The position numbers and the translations under genes are program-made. A DNA stretch of 64,000 nucleotides from the NCBI GenBank assembly GCA_963661975.1, contig CAVLDN010000004.1:5045-69044 (forward strand), read 5' to 3'. This stretch comes from a bacterium (GTDB lineage: Bacteria > Bacillota > Clostridia > Oscillospirales > CAG-382). The notes beneath the pieces were generated by a model. It was not told the origin of the DNA. It searched no databases and saw only the letters and a list, made by a program, of their open reading frames with translations. This document shows, piece by piece, positions 55,971-64,000 of this stretch (within the stretch, counting starts at the first letter, position 1; each line of letters starts with the position of its first letter).

Positions 55971-58310
55971 TCACACCAATGCGTGCTTGAACACTTCCGA
56001 AACATGAGTGACCGGAACAAATTCGAGCGCATTTTTTACTTCTTCATCAAAATCATTTATATCCGGCAGGTTTTCAGAAGGAATGATAACCGTCTTGGCG
56101 CCGCACTTATATGCAGCCATTGATTTTTCCTTTAATCCGCCGATGGGAAGAACACGCCCCGTGAGGGTTATCTCGCCCGTCATGCAAACGATCTGGCGAA
56201 CGGGTCTTCCCGTAAGCTCGCTCAACAATGCAGTCGCTATTGTGATACCGGCAGAGGGACCGTCCTTCGGGATCGCGCCTTCCGGAACATGGATATGTAT
56301 ATCGAGGTCTGTATAGAATTTCGGGTCAACACCGAGCTCGTCACAGTGCTTGCGGATATAGCTCATTGCGGCGCGGGCGCTTTCCTTCATAACATCGCCC
56401 AAATGCCCGGTAAGCTCAAGCTTACCGTTGCCTTTCATGGAGCTGCATTCGATGCGCAGCATGTCGCCGCCGAGCTGTGTCCAGGCGAGCCCGTTTACAA
56501 CGCCGACTTCATCCTCCGGGTAAACCTTATCCGGAATGAAGCGCGGAGCGCCGAGCATATCGTGAAGCAGTTTAACATCGACTGTGACTTTCGATTCGCC
56601 TTCTACGATCTTCATTGCGCTTTTGCGACAGACCGACGCAATTTCGCGTTCGAGACCGCGCACGCCGTTTTCACGCGTGTATGAACTGATAAGCTCTGCT
56701 ATGCTTTCGGTTTTGATTCTGCATTTTGCCGCGCTGAGCCCGTGGGCTTTTAATTGCTTCGGGATAAGATGGTGCTTTGCTATGGCGATTTTTTCGCTGT
56801 CGGAATAGCTGTCCATGCGGATGATCTCAAGCCTGTCGAGCAAAGCCGGCGGGATAGTTTCGGTGGTGTTTGCCGTTGCAATGAAAAGACATTCGGAAAG
56901 ATCCACGGGTATCTCTATGAAATTATCGCGGAATGCGGAATTCTGCTCGGAATCAAGGACTTCGAGCATTGCGCTTGTCGGATCGCCGTGAGAATCGTTA
57001 GCGAGCTTGTCAAGCTCGTCAAACAGCATTACGGGATTTGAACTCCCTGCGATTTTAAGAGCGTTGATAACTCTGCCCGGCATAGAGCCGATATATGTTC
57101 TGCGATGGCCGCGTATCTCGGCTTCGTCACGCACGCCGCCTAGCGCAATACGCACGAATTTGCGGTTGAGTGCATTGGCGATGGATTTCGCAACAGATGT
57201 TTTGCCTACACCCGGAGGCCCGACAAAGCAGAGTATCTGCCCTTTTATATCGGGATTGAGCTGCTTTACCGCGATAAATTCGAGTATGCGTTCCTTAACC
57301 TTCTGAATACCGTCGTGATCGCGATCAAGTATCTTTCGCGCAGCGGAAACATCTATTCTGTCCTTAGTCTTTTTGTTCCATGGCAGTTCGAGACATGTTT
57401 CGATATAGTTTCTTATGACCGTTGCTTCGGGTGTTCCGAACGGCATTTTGAGAAGCTTGGCGTTTTCTTCGAGAAGCTTTGTTTTGACTTCTTCGGGAAT
57501 GTCCGCGGATTTAATCGCGGCCGAATATTCCTCGGAATCGTCTGCTTCATCATCTCCGCCCTCGCCGAGCTCGCCGCGGATGACTCTCATCTGTTCGCGC
57601 AGATACATATCGCGCTGCTGGCGCTGAAGATTATTGCGAACCTTTTGCTGAATGCCGTTTTCAAGCTCATAAACCGCGATATCCTTGCGGAAAATCTCGC
57701 AAAGCTTATTTATGCGTTTTATGGGGTCGTATTCAAGCAGAAGCTCCTTGCGCTCCTCATAATTGACAATAAAGATATTGGCAAGGAAATCCGCGGCGCC
57801 GGAGGCTTCGCGTATCCTTTTTGCATCTTCGATAATATCCTCGGAAGGCTTACGCACATACTCGAGATATTCGGTAAAGACGGTATAAAGCTCGCGCAGA
57901 GCGACTCTTTCCTGCGTATATGTGGGCATCCTGCGGAGCTTATGCTCAGATACCTCGCAGCGTATAAGATCTTCTTCGATAAAAACTCTGCCTCTGTCCG
58001 CACGGGTAATACATTCGGCAACGACAGTATAGCTGCCGTCGTTGTTCTTTGTGTGGCTCAGCACATTTGCAATCACGCCGACTCCCAGCAAATCGTCTTC
58101 GGCGGGCATGACGGTCGATATATCGTTTTGCGGAACAAGAAATACGGACCTGCCGTTTGCCAATGCACTTTTAAGAGCGTTTATTGATATATCGCGCCCT
58201 ATTTCGAAGCTCGCGGTTGTGCCGGGAAACACGACTACCCCGCGCAGAGCGATGGTTTCGAGCAGAATAGCCGAGCTTTCTGTTTCCTTTTCGGTGATTT
58301 TGTATGCCAT
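55971..58310 (-). CDS. lon: ATP-dependent Lon protease (LonA)
   Basis: Trimmed to ATG 58310. LON N-domain, Walker A GPPGVGKTS, and the protease Ser motif PKDGPSAGIT. Confidence 0.95.
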   Translation of the reverse strand: MAYKITEKETESSAILLETIALRGVVVFPGTTASFEIGRDISINALKSALANGRSVFLVPQNDISTVMPAEDDLLGVGVIANVLSHTKNNDGSYTVVAECITRADRGRVFIEEDLIRCEVSEHKLRRMPTYTQERVALRELYTVFTEYLEYVRKPSEDIIEDAKRIREASGAADFLANIFIVNYEERKELLLEYDPIKRINKLCEIFRKDIAVYELENGIQQKVRNNLQRQQRDMYLREQMRVIRGELGEGGDDEADDSEEYSAAIKSADIPEEVKTKLLEENAKLLKMPFGTPEATVIRNYIETCLELPWNKKTKDRIDVSAARKILDRDHDGIQKVKERILEFIAVKQLNPDIKGQILCFVGPPGVGKTSVAKSIANALNRKFVRIALGGVRDEAEIRGHRRTYIGSMPGRVINALKIAGSSNPVMLFDELDKLANDSHGDPTSAMLEVLDSEQNSAFRDNFIEIPVDLSECLFIATANTTETIPPALLDRLEIIRMDSYSDSEKIAIAKHHLIPKQLKAHGLSAAKCRIKTESIAELISSYTRENGVRGLEREIASVCRKSAMKIVEGESKVTVDVKLLHDMLGAPRFIPDKVYPEDEVGVVNGLAWTQLGGDMLRIECSSMKGNGKLELTGHLGDVMKESARAAMSYIRKHCDELGVDPKFYTDLDIHIHVPEGAIPKDGPSAGITIATALLSELTGRPVRQIVCMTGEITLTGRVLPIGGLKEKSMAAYKCGAKTVIIPSENLPDINDFDEEVKNALEFVPVTHVSEVFKHALV

Positions 58311-58320
58311 TATTTCCTCG

Positions 58321-59271
58321 TTATTTTCCCAGTGAAGCGGCACCGATGATTCCGGCATCGTTGCCGAGCTGTGCTATTTTAATAAGTGTTTTTTTGTCGC
58401 TGTGGCGCGAGTACTGTTCACGTTCGACAATTTCGCGCAGAGGGGCGAGAAGTTCTTCACCCTCCTTGCTGATACCGCCGCCGATACTGAGTACTTCGGG
58501 CTGGAATATATTTATAAAATTGACAATACCGCAGGCAAGATAGCCGATGTATTCGGAAACGACCTCGGCACCCGCGGCATCGAATGCACGCTTGGCATCG
58601 AATGCGGTTTTCCCGTTTACATTGGAGATGTCTCCTCCGCACAATTCCCACATTTTTGTGTCTTTGTCGGACTGCATACGTTTCCTTGTAAGTTTGATGA
58701 GCCCCGATGCGGATGCATACGCTTCCAGGCAGCCGCGTCTGCCGCAGGGACATTCGTCTCCGTCCTTTACGATGACCGTATGCCCGAGCTCCGCGCCGGA
58801 ATAATTGAAGCCGGAATAGATTTTGCCGCCGATTATGATACCGCCGCCGACACCGGTTCCGATAGTGATAAACAGTGAATCGTTATACCCTTTTGCCGCG
58901 CCGTAGGTTGCTTCGCCTTTTGCGGCGGCATTTGCATCGTTATCAATGTATATCTTTTTAATACCGGTCAGATCCGAAAGCCTTTTCGCGATCGGGTAGT
59001 TGAGGAACGGGAGCGTTGCGGCATAGATTATAACGCCGCGTTCACTGTCCGCACTGCCGGGAGAAGCTATGCCCGCATAAGCAATATCTTCAACAGTCAA
59101 GCCGGTATCGGCGATAACGCGAATGCAAAGCGCTGCCATATCGCGGATTATCCTGTCTCCGTCCTCATTACGAACAGTGACACAGGAATCCTTGTGAAGA
59201 ATAACGCCTTCATCATTGCAGACGCCGGCTTTTATCGACATTCCGCCGAGATCTATACCGAGATAATACAT
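58321..59271 (-). CDS. glcK: ROK-family glucokinase
   Basis: YLGIDLGGMSIKAG N-terminus. ROK Zn motif GHTVIVKDGDECPCGRRGCLE. Confidence 0.85.
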   Translation of the reverse strand: MYYLGIDLGGMSIKAGVCNDEGVILHKDSCVTVRNEDGDRIIRDMAALCIRVIADTGLTVEDIAYAGIASPGSADSERGVIIYAATLPFLNYPIAKRLSDLTGIKKIYIDNDANAAAKGEATYGAAKGYNDSLFITIGTGVGGGIIIGGKIYSGFNYSGAELGHTVIVKDGDECPCGRRGCLEAYASASGLIKLTRKRMQSDKDTKMWELCGGDISNVNGKTAFDAKRAFDAAGAEVVSEYIGYLACGIVNFINIFQPEVLSIGGGISKEGEELLAPLREIVEREQYSRHSDKKTLIKIAQLGNDAGIIGAASLGK

Positions 59272-60224
59272 TATAATGTTCCTCCGTTATCAAATGCTTC
59301 CGCCTGGGCATTAAGCCTTTTGTTGAATTCTTCGGCGGTGTTGTAGCCCATTTTCTTTTGCCTGTTGTTCATTGCCGCGATCTCAATGATAACGGCAAGG
59401 TTACGGCCCGGTTTGACCGGTACGGTTATAAGCGGAAGTTTTATGCCGAGTATTTCGGTGTATTCGGAATCAAGCCCGAAACGGTCGTACATTTTCCCCT
59501 GCTGCCAGTTTTCGAAATTGATGACAAGATCTATCTTTTCGGATTCCTTTACCGAGCCCATACCGAATATCCTGCGCACGTCGATAATGCCGATGCCGCG
59601 CAGCTCGATATAATGCTTTATAAGGGGCGGTGCGCTGCCGACAAGCGATATTGCCGAAACCTTTTTGATTTCGACCGCGTCATCGGCGATAAGACGGTGA
59701 CCGCGCTTTACAAGCTCGATAGCCGTTTCGCTTTTACCGATACCGCTGTCGCCGAGTATAAGTATGCCCTCACCGTAAACCTCTACAAGCACGCCGTGGT
59801 GTGTGATTCGTTCGGCAAGCGAAACGGAAAGCCCGGCGATCATCGCAGACATGAGTGCGCTTGTTTTTGCCTCGCTGCTGAACAGCGGAGTGCCGCTGCT
59901 ACGGCATTCGTCAAGCAGCTCCGGGAAAATGTCAAGCCCGGTCGTGACAATAACCGCTTTTACATTATGCGAGAGAAAGCGATTCAGCGAATTTCTGCGT
60001 TCTTCGGGCGAAAGCGAAAGAAGATAGCTGTGCTCCATATTGCCGAAGAGTTGAATGCGTTCGTTTTCGAAATCCGTGAAGAACCCTGCGAGCGGAAGCC
60101 CCGGACGGCTCAAATCCGAACGGTTCACGAGTATTTCGTCGTAATTATCCGGCGCGAAAATAATTTTCAGCTTGTGTGTTTCCGCAAGCTCTTTAAGTCT
60201 GATGCTGTATTTTTTACTTTGCAT
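59271..60224 (-). CDS. hprK: HPr kinase/phosphorylase
   Basis: P-loop GDSGIGKSE and ADD..E motifs. C-terminal capping signature. Its stop overlaps the glcK start (TAATG). Confidence 0.93.
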   Translation of the reverse strand: MQSKKYSIRLKELAETHKLKIIFAPDNYDEILVNRSDLSRPGLPLAGFFTDFENERIQLFGNMEHSYLLSLSPEERRNSLNRFLSHNVKAVIVTTGLDIFPELLDECRSSGTPLFSSEAKTSALMSAMIAGLSVSLAERITHHGVLVEVYGEGILILGDSGIGKSETAIELVKRGHRLIADDAVEIKKVSAISLVGSAPPLIKHYIELRGIGIIDVRRIFGMGSVKESEKIDLVINFENWQQGKMYDRFGLDSEYTEILGIKLPLITVPVKPGRNLAVIIEIAAMNNRQKKMGYNTAEEFNKRLNAQAEAFDNGGTL

Positions 60225-60951
60225 CCGTAACCTCTTTCTCTGTTGAATCGGTTTTCCGGGGCTGACGTTTTGCGGCCGTGCCGTAGCCGATCAAAAGACC
60301 TTCGTCGATATTCAAAGCGCAGAATATCATAAGTATGACTGCGATGGGTGCGATGACCGAAATTACGGCGATACCGCCGCTGGTAATGCCCGTCAGCTTG
60401 TACCACAGCGAAAAATAAAGGTTGATAAGCCGTATAAAAAGGTTGAGCACATATTTTAGTGCATCGAGCATTTTGTCGGCAATGCTTTCGCCGTTGAGCG
60501 TAAGTGTTTTTATTGTCTGATCTGAAAAGCTGCGCCCCACGGCATTGAGCCAATCAATTGCATAAACCTGATATCCCGTGACCGCCGATGCGATCAAGCC
60601 GAAGAATCCGGTATAAAATGCACGAACGCCGAAAACTTTTGCCATCGGAGCGGCATTTTCCTTAGAAAATCGGATTTCAGCTTGCGAAACGAAATATATC
60701 CACCTGCCGTTGAGAAAAACGGGTTCTGAACCGGAAGCTCTGCGGCTTTCTATATATGCAGCTGCTCCGTTGCTTTCGTACGGTGCGGGAAGATATTCGA
60801 CGGCATAGAAATATTCATTGCCCTCATTTATGTCAAAATAATACCTGTTATCGCGGATATCGGTCAAAAGATAGCCCTTTTTTCCGAGCTTATCGAGCCA
60901 GGAACGCTCTTTCATGCGCGAGAAAAATATCCTGAAATAAGAAACGTTCAT
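60214..60951 (-). CDS. DUF2812-like membrane protein
   Basis: N-terminal KERSWLDKLGKKGYLLTD resembles the DUF2812 N-domain. Several C-terminal TM helices. Its 3' end overlaps the hprK start by 11 nt. Confidence 0.5.
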   Translation of the reverse strand: MNVSYFRIFFSRMKERSWLDKLGKKGYLLTDIRDNRYYFDINEGNEYFYAVEYLPAPYESNGAAAYIESRRASGSEPVFLNGRWIYFVSQAEIRFSKENAAPMAKVFGVRAFYTGFFGLIASAVTGYQVYAIDWLNAVGRSFSDQTIKTLTLNGESIADKMLDALKYVLNLFIRLINLYFSLWYKLTGITSGGIAVISVIAPIAVILMIFCALNIDEGLLIGYGTAAKRQPRKTDSTEKEVTDAK

Positions 60952-60983
60952 ACGTCACCTCCCAAGCGCCGATTATATAACCG

Positions 60984-61012
60984 ATTATACAATAATAATA
61001 AGTGATTGTCAA
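60984..61012 (-). promoter_or_regulatory. consensus sigA promoter of the DUF2812-hprK-glcK unit
   Basis: Minus strand reads TTGACA-17 nt-TATAAT, about 30 nt upstream of ATG 60951 (GGGAGGTG RBS). Confidence 0.75.
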
Positions 61013-61046
61013 TCAAAATCGGGCAATGCATTTATCGAAAAAATAC

Positions 61047-61075
61047 TTGAAAAACCAACGTCGGCATGATATAAT
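61047..61075 (+). promoter_or_regulatory. sigA-type promoter of the SRP RNA
   Basis: TTGAAA-17 nt-TATAAT with TGn extended -10. Confidence 0.75.
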
Positions 61076-61093
61076 ACAGGGACGGGATATGAA

Positions 61094-61369
61094 ATATGGT
61101 CATACTAACCGGGGAGTCAGCGGTGCCTTATACCCGCAATCCGCTATAGCGGGGGCGATATACCCGATAAGGGCTTTGTTTGTGTCGCCGCGCCGTAAGA
61201 GCTTTGTTGAGAAGCGGGTCCTCGCGCAATTCGCACCTGCGAAATATGTCAGGTGAGGAATCAAGCAGCATTAAGCAGATATGCGGATGTGCCGCGAGGG
61301 TGCCTGTTTTGAGAAGGTCTTCCGGTTTACGGACGGAAGCAGATTTCGAATCGGGTTGTATGGCCATAT
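61094..61369 (+). ncRNA. ffs: signal recognition particle RNA, long Bacillus-type with Alu domain (ends +/- ~12 nt)
   Basis: GGGGAGTCAGCGGTGCCTTATACCCGCAATCCGCTATAGCGGGG parallels the B. subtilis scRNA Alu region. Domain IV ATGTCAGGTGAGGAATCAAGCAGCATTAAGC carries a GGAA tetraloop. Terminal helix 61094-61105 pairs with 61358-61369. Position upstream of dnaX matches B. subtilis scr. Confidence 0.85.
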
Positions 61370-61407
61370 TTCGTATCCCTTATTATTTTTTACCTTGGAG
61401 GTGCCGA

Positions 61408-62940
61408 ATGTATCTTTCATTATACCGCAAATGGCGTCCGCAAACCTTTGACGAGATGTGCGGCCAGCAGCATATCACCTCCGTGCTTAAAAAGCAATGT
61501 GCCGATGGCCGTGTTTCGCACGCGTATCTGTTTTGCGGAACGCGCGGCACCGGCAAAACATCCGCCGCAAAAATACTCGCAAAGGCAGTCAATTGCGAAA
61601 ACCCGCAGAACGGCAACCCCTGCAACGAATGCTTTTCCTGCAAAAGCATAGATAACGGCAGCGCTACGGATGTTCTGGAAATCGACGCGGCAAGCAACAA
61701 TAAAGTGGAAAACGTGCGTGATCTGCGCGAAGAAGTTGTTTACCCTCCCTCGATTCTGAAAAAGCGCGTATATATCGTGGACGAGGTTCATATGCTTACC
61801 GACAGCGCCTTCAATGCGCTGCTGAAAACATTGGAGGAGCCGCCGGAATATGTTGTATTTATTCTTGCGACGACCGAGCTGAACGAATTACCCGCGACGA
61901 TAATCTCGCGCTGTATGCGTTTCGATTTTTCGCGCATTGACGAATCCGCCATATTTGACAGACTGATGTATGTTGCGGACAGAGAGGGCATAAAAATCGA
62001 AAAGGAAGCCGCGGAGTTGATATCCCATCTTGCAGACGGGGCGCTGCGCGATGCGCTCTCGCTGCTCGAAGCCTGTACCAACGGGTATAGCGGAGTGCTT
62101 GATGCAAGAGCCGTGCGTGATGTTTTGGGGCTTGCTGGAGACGAGGCTGTCTATTCCCTGCTTCATGCCATTGCGGAGCGGAATGTTCCCGATGCGATAT
62201 CCGTTATTGATCAGATCCACAGGTCATCCAAAGATATTTCGGCTTTTGTCGATGATGTGGCTTCCTCGGTGAGCAGCATTATTATCGATAAGCAGCTTCG
62301 CAAATTCGGAAAGAGCGCAAACCTGCGCGGATTGTTGCCGAAGCTTTCGGAAGAACTCACGACGGAGCAGCTTTTCTATATTGCCTCTGTTTTGGAGGAA
62401 ACGCAGGCGAGAATATCCAGATACGCGCTGAACAAGCGTGTGATAATCGAGCTTGCGGTAATCCGTATGTGCGACAGGACACTCTCCGATTCTCCGAAAG
62501 CGCTTGCCGCAAGAATATCCGAGCTTGAAAGAAAGCTTGCCCTGCTCAATGCAACGGGTTATACCCCCGCGGAGAGTGCCGTGCCCGCAGCCGCCCGCTC
62601 TTCTGCGGCGGAAGCGCCGAAGGAGCAGCCGCAGCCGAATGCACCTGAGGAAGAAGCAATACCCTTTGACGGCATTGCTGATGTATATGAATACCTTTCC
62701 AACGCGCCTGATATACGCGGCTTTTTGCAGCAGACTTCGGTTTTGTGCAAAGGCGACATGATGATTATCACCGCCAATGACTTTATAATTCGTGTGCTCG
62801 AGGAAAACAAAAAAACAATTACCGAGGCATTTATTGCAGCGGCGGGCAGGAGAGTTTCAATTAATTTTGCCACGGCGTCCGACGTCAGACCTAAAAATGC
62901 TGTTGAGCGCGCATCCTATATCGACGAACTGTCACAATGA
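61408..62940 (+). CDS. dnaX: DNA polymerase III subunit gamma/tau
   Basis: Trimmed to ATG 61408 (GGAGGTG RBS), because the longer ORF would read through the SRP RNA. YRKWRPQTFDE..GQ, Walker A GTRGTGKTS, Zn module CxxCxxC, and DEVHML. Confidence 0.95.
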   Translation: MYLSLYRKWRPQTFDEMCGQQHITSVLKKQCADGRVSHAYLFCGTRGTGKTSAAKILAKAVNCENPQNGNPCNECFSCKSIDNGSATDVLEIDAASNNKVENVRDLREEVVYPPSILKKRVYIVDEVHMLTDSAFNALLKTLEEPPEYVVFILATTELNELPATIISRCMRFDFSRIDESAIFDRLMYVADREGIKIEKEAAELISHLADGALRDALSLLEACTNGYSGVLDARAVRDVLGLAGDEAVYSLLHAIAERNVPDAISVIDQIHRSSKDISAFVDDVASSVSSIIIDKQLRKFGKSANLRGLLPKLSEELTTEQLFYIASVLEETQARISRYALNKRVIIELAVIRMCDRTLSDSPKALAARISELERKLALLNATGYTPAESAVPAAARSSAAEAPKEQPQPNAPEEEAIPFDGIADVYEYLSNAPDIRGFLQQTSVLCKGDMMIITANDFIIRVLEENKKTITEAFIAAAGRRVSINFATASDVRPKNAVERASYIDELSQ

Positions 62941-62967
62941 TTTTTATAACAAAAAGGAGATAATAAA

Positions 62968-63324
62968 ATGAAAGTAAGACTTCCGAAGGGCGTCGGCGGC
63001 GGACCGCAGGACATGAATTCGCTCATGCGGCAGGCGCAGAAAATGCAGGAGGATATGGCCGCAAAGCAGGCCGAGCTTGAAGAACGCGAATATGATATAA
63101 GTGCGGGCGGCGGTGTTGTCAATGTCCGCATAAACGGCAAAAACGAGGTACTGTCTATAAATATCGATGAACAGATCATAGATCCCGAGGATAAAGAAAC
63201 GCTCGAGGATATACTTGTTGCCGCGGTAAACGAAGCAATAAAGCGTGTTTCGGATGTCAATGCTTCCGAAATGAGCAAAATTACCGGTTCGATGTCCGTT
63301 CCGGGAATGCCCGGAATTTTCTGA
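62968..63324 (+). CDS. ybaB: YbaB/EbfC-family nucleoid-associated protein
   Basis: MNSLMRQAQKMQEDMAAKQAELE...GGGVV.V..NG is the YbaB pattern. Canonical position between dnaX and recR. Confidence 0.9.
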   Translation: MKVRLPKGVGGGPQDMNSLMRQAQKMQEDMAAKQAELEEREYDISAGGGVVNVRINGKNEVLSINIDEQIIDPEDKETLEDILVAAVNEAIKRVSDVNASEMSKITGSMSVPGMPGIF

Positions 63325-63325
63325 T

Positions 63326-63913
63326 ATGACACCGACTCTCGAAAAGCTTATAAATTGCTTTGCCTCGCTTCCCGGAATCGGAAGAAAGAGCGCCGTAAGA
63401 CTTGCATACCGCGTTATCGAAATGAAGCCGGAGGAGGTCAGTGCCTTCGCTTCGACACTGCTCGAAGCGAAAAACAGTATAAAGCTGTGCTCTGTATGCC
63501 AATCCTATTCGGACAGTGGCATTTGCCCGATTTGTGCTGACGATACCCGCGACAGCGGTACGATAATAGTCGTAGAGGACAACAAAGCCCTTGAAGCTAT
63601 TGAGGATGCGCATGAATATCACGGCAAATACCATGTTCTTCACGGGGTTATCTCCCCTATCGACGGTATCGGGCCGGACAGACTCAAGATCAAGGAACTT
63701 ATCGCGCGGCTTGACGGAAGTGTAAAAGAAGTTATTATTGCCACTAACCCGAGCACCGAAGGCGAAGCGACCGCAATGTTTATAAGCAGATTGATCAAAC
63801 CGTTCGGCGTTAAGGTCACGAGGCTCGCATACGGGCTTCCCGTTGGCGGCACGCTTGAATATGCCGATACCGTAACGCTTATCAAAGCGATAGAAGGCAG
63901 AACCGAATTTTGA
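63326..63913 (+). CDS. recR: recombination protein RecR
   Basis: LPGIGRKSA HhH motif, C4 zinc finger CSVC...CPIC, and a Toprim domain (IVVEDNKAL). Confidence 0.95.
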   Translation: MTPTLEKLINCFASLPGIGRKSAVRLAYRVIEMKPEEVSAFASTLLEAKNSIKLCSVCQSYSDSGICPICADDTRDSGTIIVVEDNKALEAIEDAHEYHGKYHVLHGVISPIDGIGPDRLKIKELIARLDGSVKEVIIATNPSTEGEATAMFISRLIKPFGVKVTRLAYGLPVGGTLEYADTVTLIKAIEGRTEF

Positions 63914-63944
63914 GACACTACCGATATTCGAAAGGTGGAAATCC

Positions 63945-64000
63945 GTGAAAAAAGCATTTTTCCGCGGCAGCAAAACAGCCGTAGCCGATAAGAGCCAAGA
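63945..64000 (+). CDS. possible 5' end of an unidentified CDS (runs off the right edge)
   Basis: GTG at 63945 preceded by AAAGGTGGA. Only 18 codons are visible (VKKAFFRGSKTAVADKSQ). Confidence 0.25.
   Translation, partial: MKKAFFRGSKTAVADKSQ

Noticed and set aside
62809-62815. An A7 run inside dnaX as a possible programmed -1 frameshift site producing gamma.
   Set aside because: It lies about 40 codons from the C-terminus, so it would not generate a gamma-sized product. I saw no downstream stem-loop or upstream SD-like element.
1-64000. CRISPR arrays, IS/transposase genes, prophage modules, toxin-antitoxin pairs, and restriction-modification or other known defence genes.
   Set aside because: No regularly spaced repeats, transposase/integrase-like ORFs other than the Xer-type recombinase, or defence-type domains were recognised in any frame.

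Overview
Chromosomal segment of a Firmicutes/Clostridia-type genome, roughly 50% GC by eye. Lineage clues: a Cheo-type SOS box at recA, HprK, rpsF-ssb-rpsR, and a long Alu-containing SRP RNA directly upstream of dnaX-ybaB-recR. I call about 67 protein genes, 2 tRNAs (Lys-UUU, Arg-CCG), 1 SRP RNA, and many near-consensus sigA-type promoters and rho-independent terminators. I saw no CRISPR array, IS element, prophage or recognisable defence/toxin-antitoxin module. Most of the window is housekeeping: murE, trmB, leuA-family, hpt, an Na+-pumping oxaloacetate decarboxylase, kdgK-eda, potABCD, rsmA, prs, recA-recX-rimO-pgsA-cysS-mrnC-lexA, lon-engB and hprK-glcK. The stand-out is the leftmost 6.1 kb. 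It is a tightly packed minus-strand operon: MBOAT acyltransferase > two DHHW (AlgJ/AlgX-like) extracytoplasmic proteins > FkbH-like HAD-IIIC protein > small carrier protein (cut by the window edge). It copies the logic of teichoic-acid D-alanylation (loader > carrier protein > MBOAT > outside transferase) with different parts, and to my knowledge is uncharacterised. Secondary observations: a 6-kb recA-to-lexA gene chain under a single visible SOS box; a doubly anchored PotD; an OadG with an N-terminal extension; a tRNA-Arg placed 2 nt after a CDS; a cytoplasmic GH89-like hydrolase; and a candidate rpsF leader hairpin. All protein calls rest on motif recognition by eye from the supplied translations. 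No database search was run.
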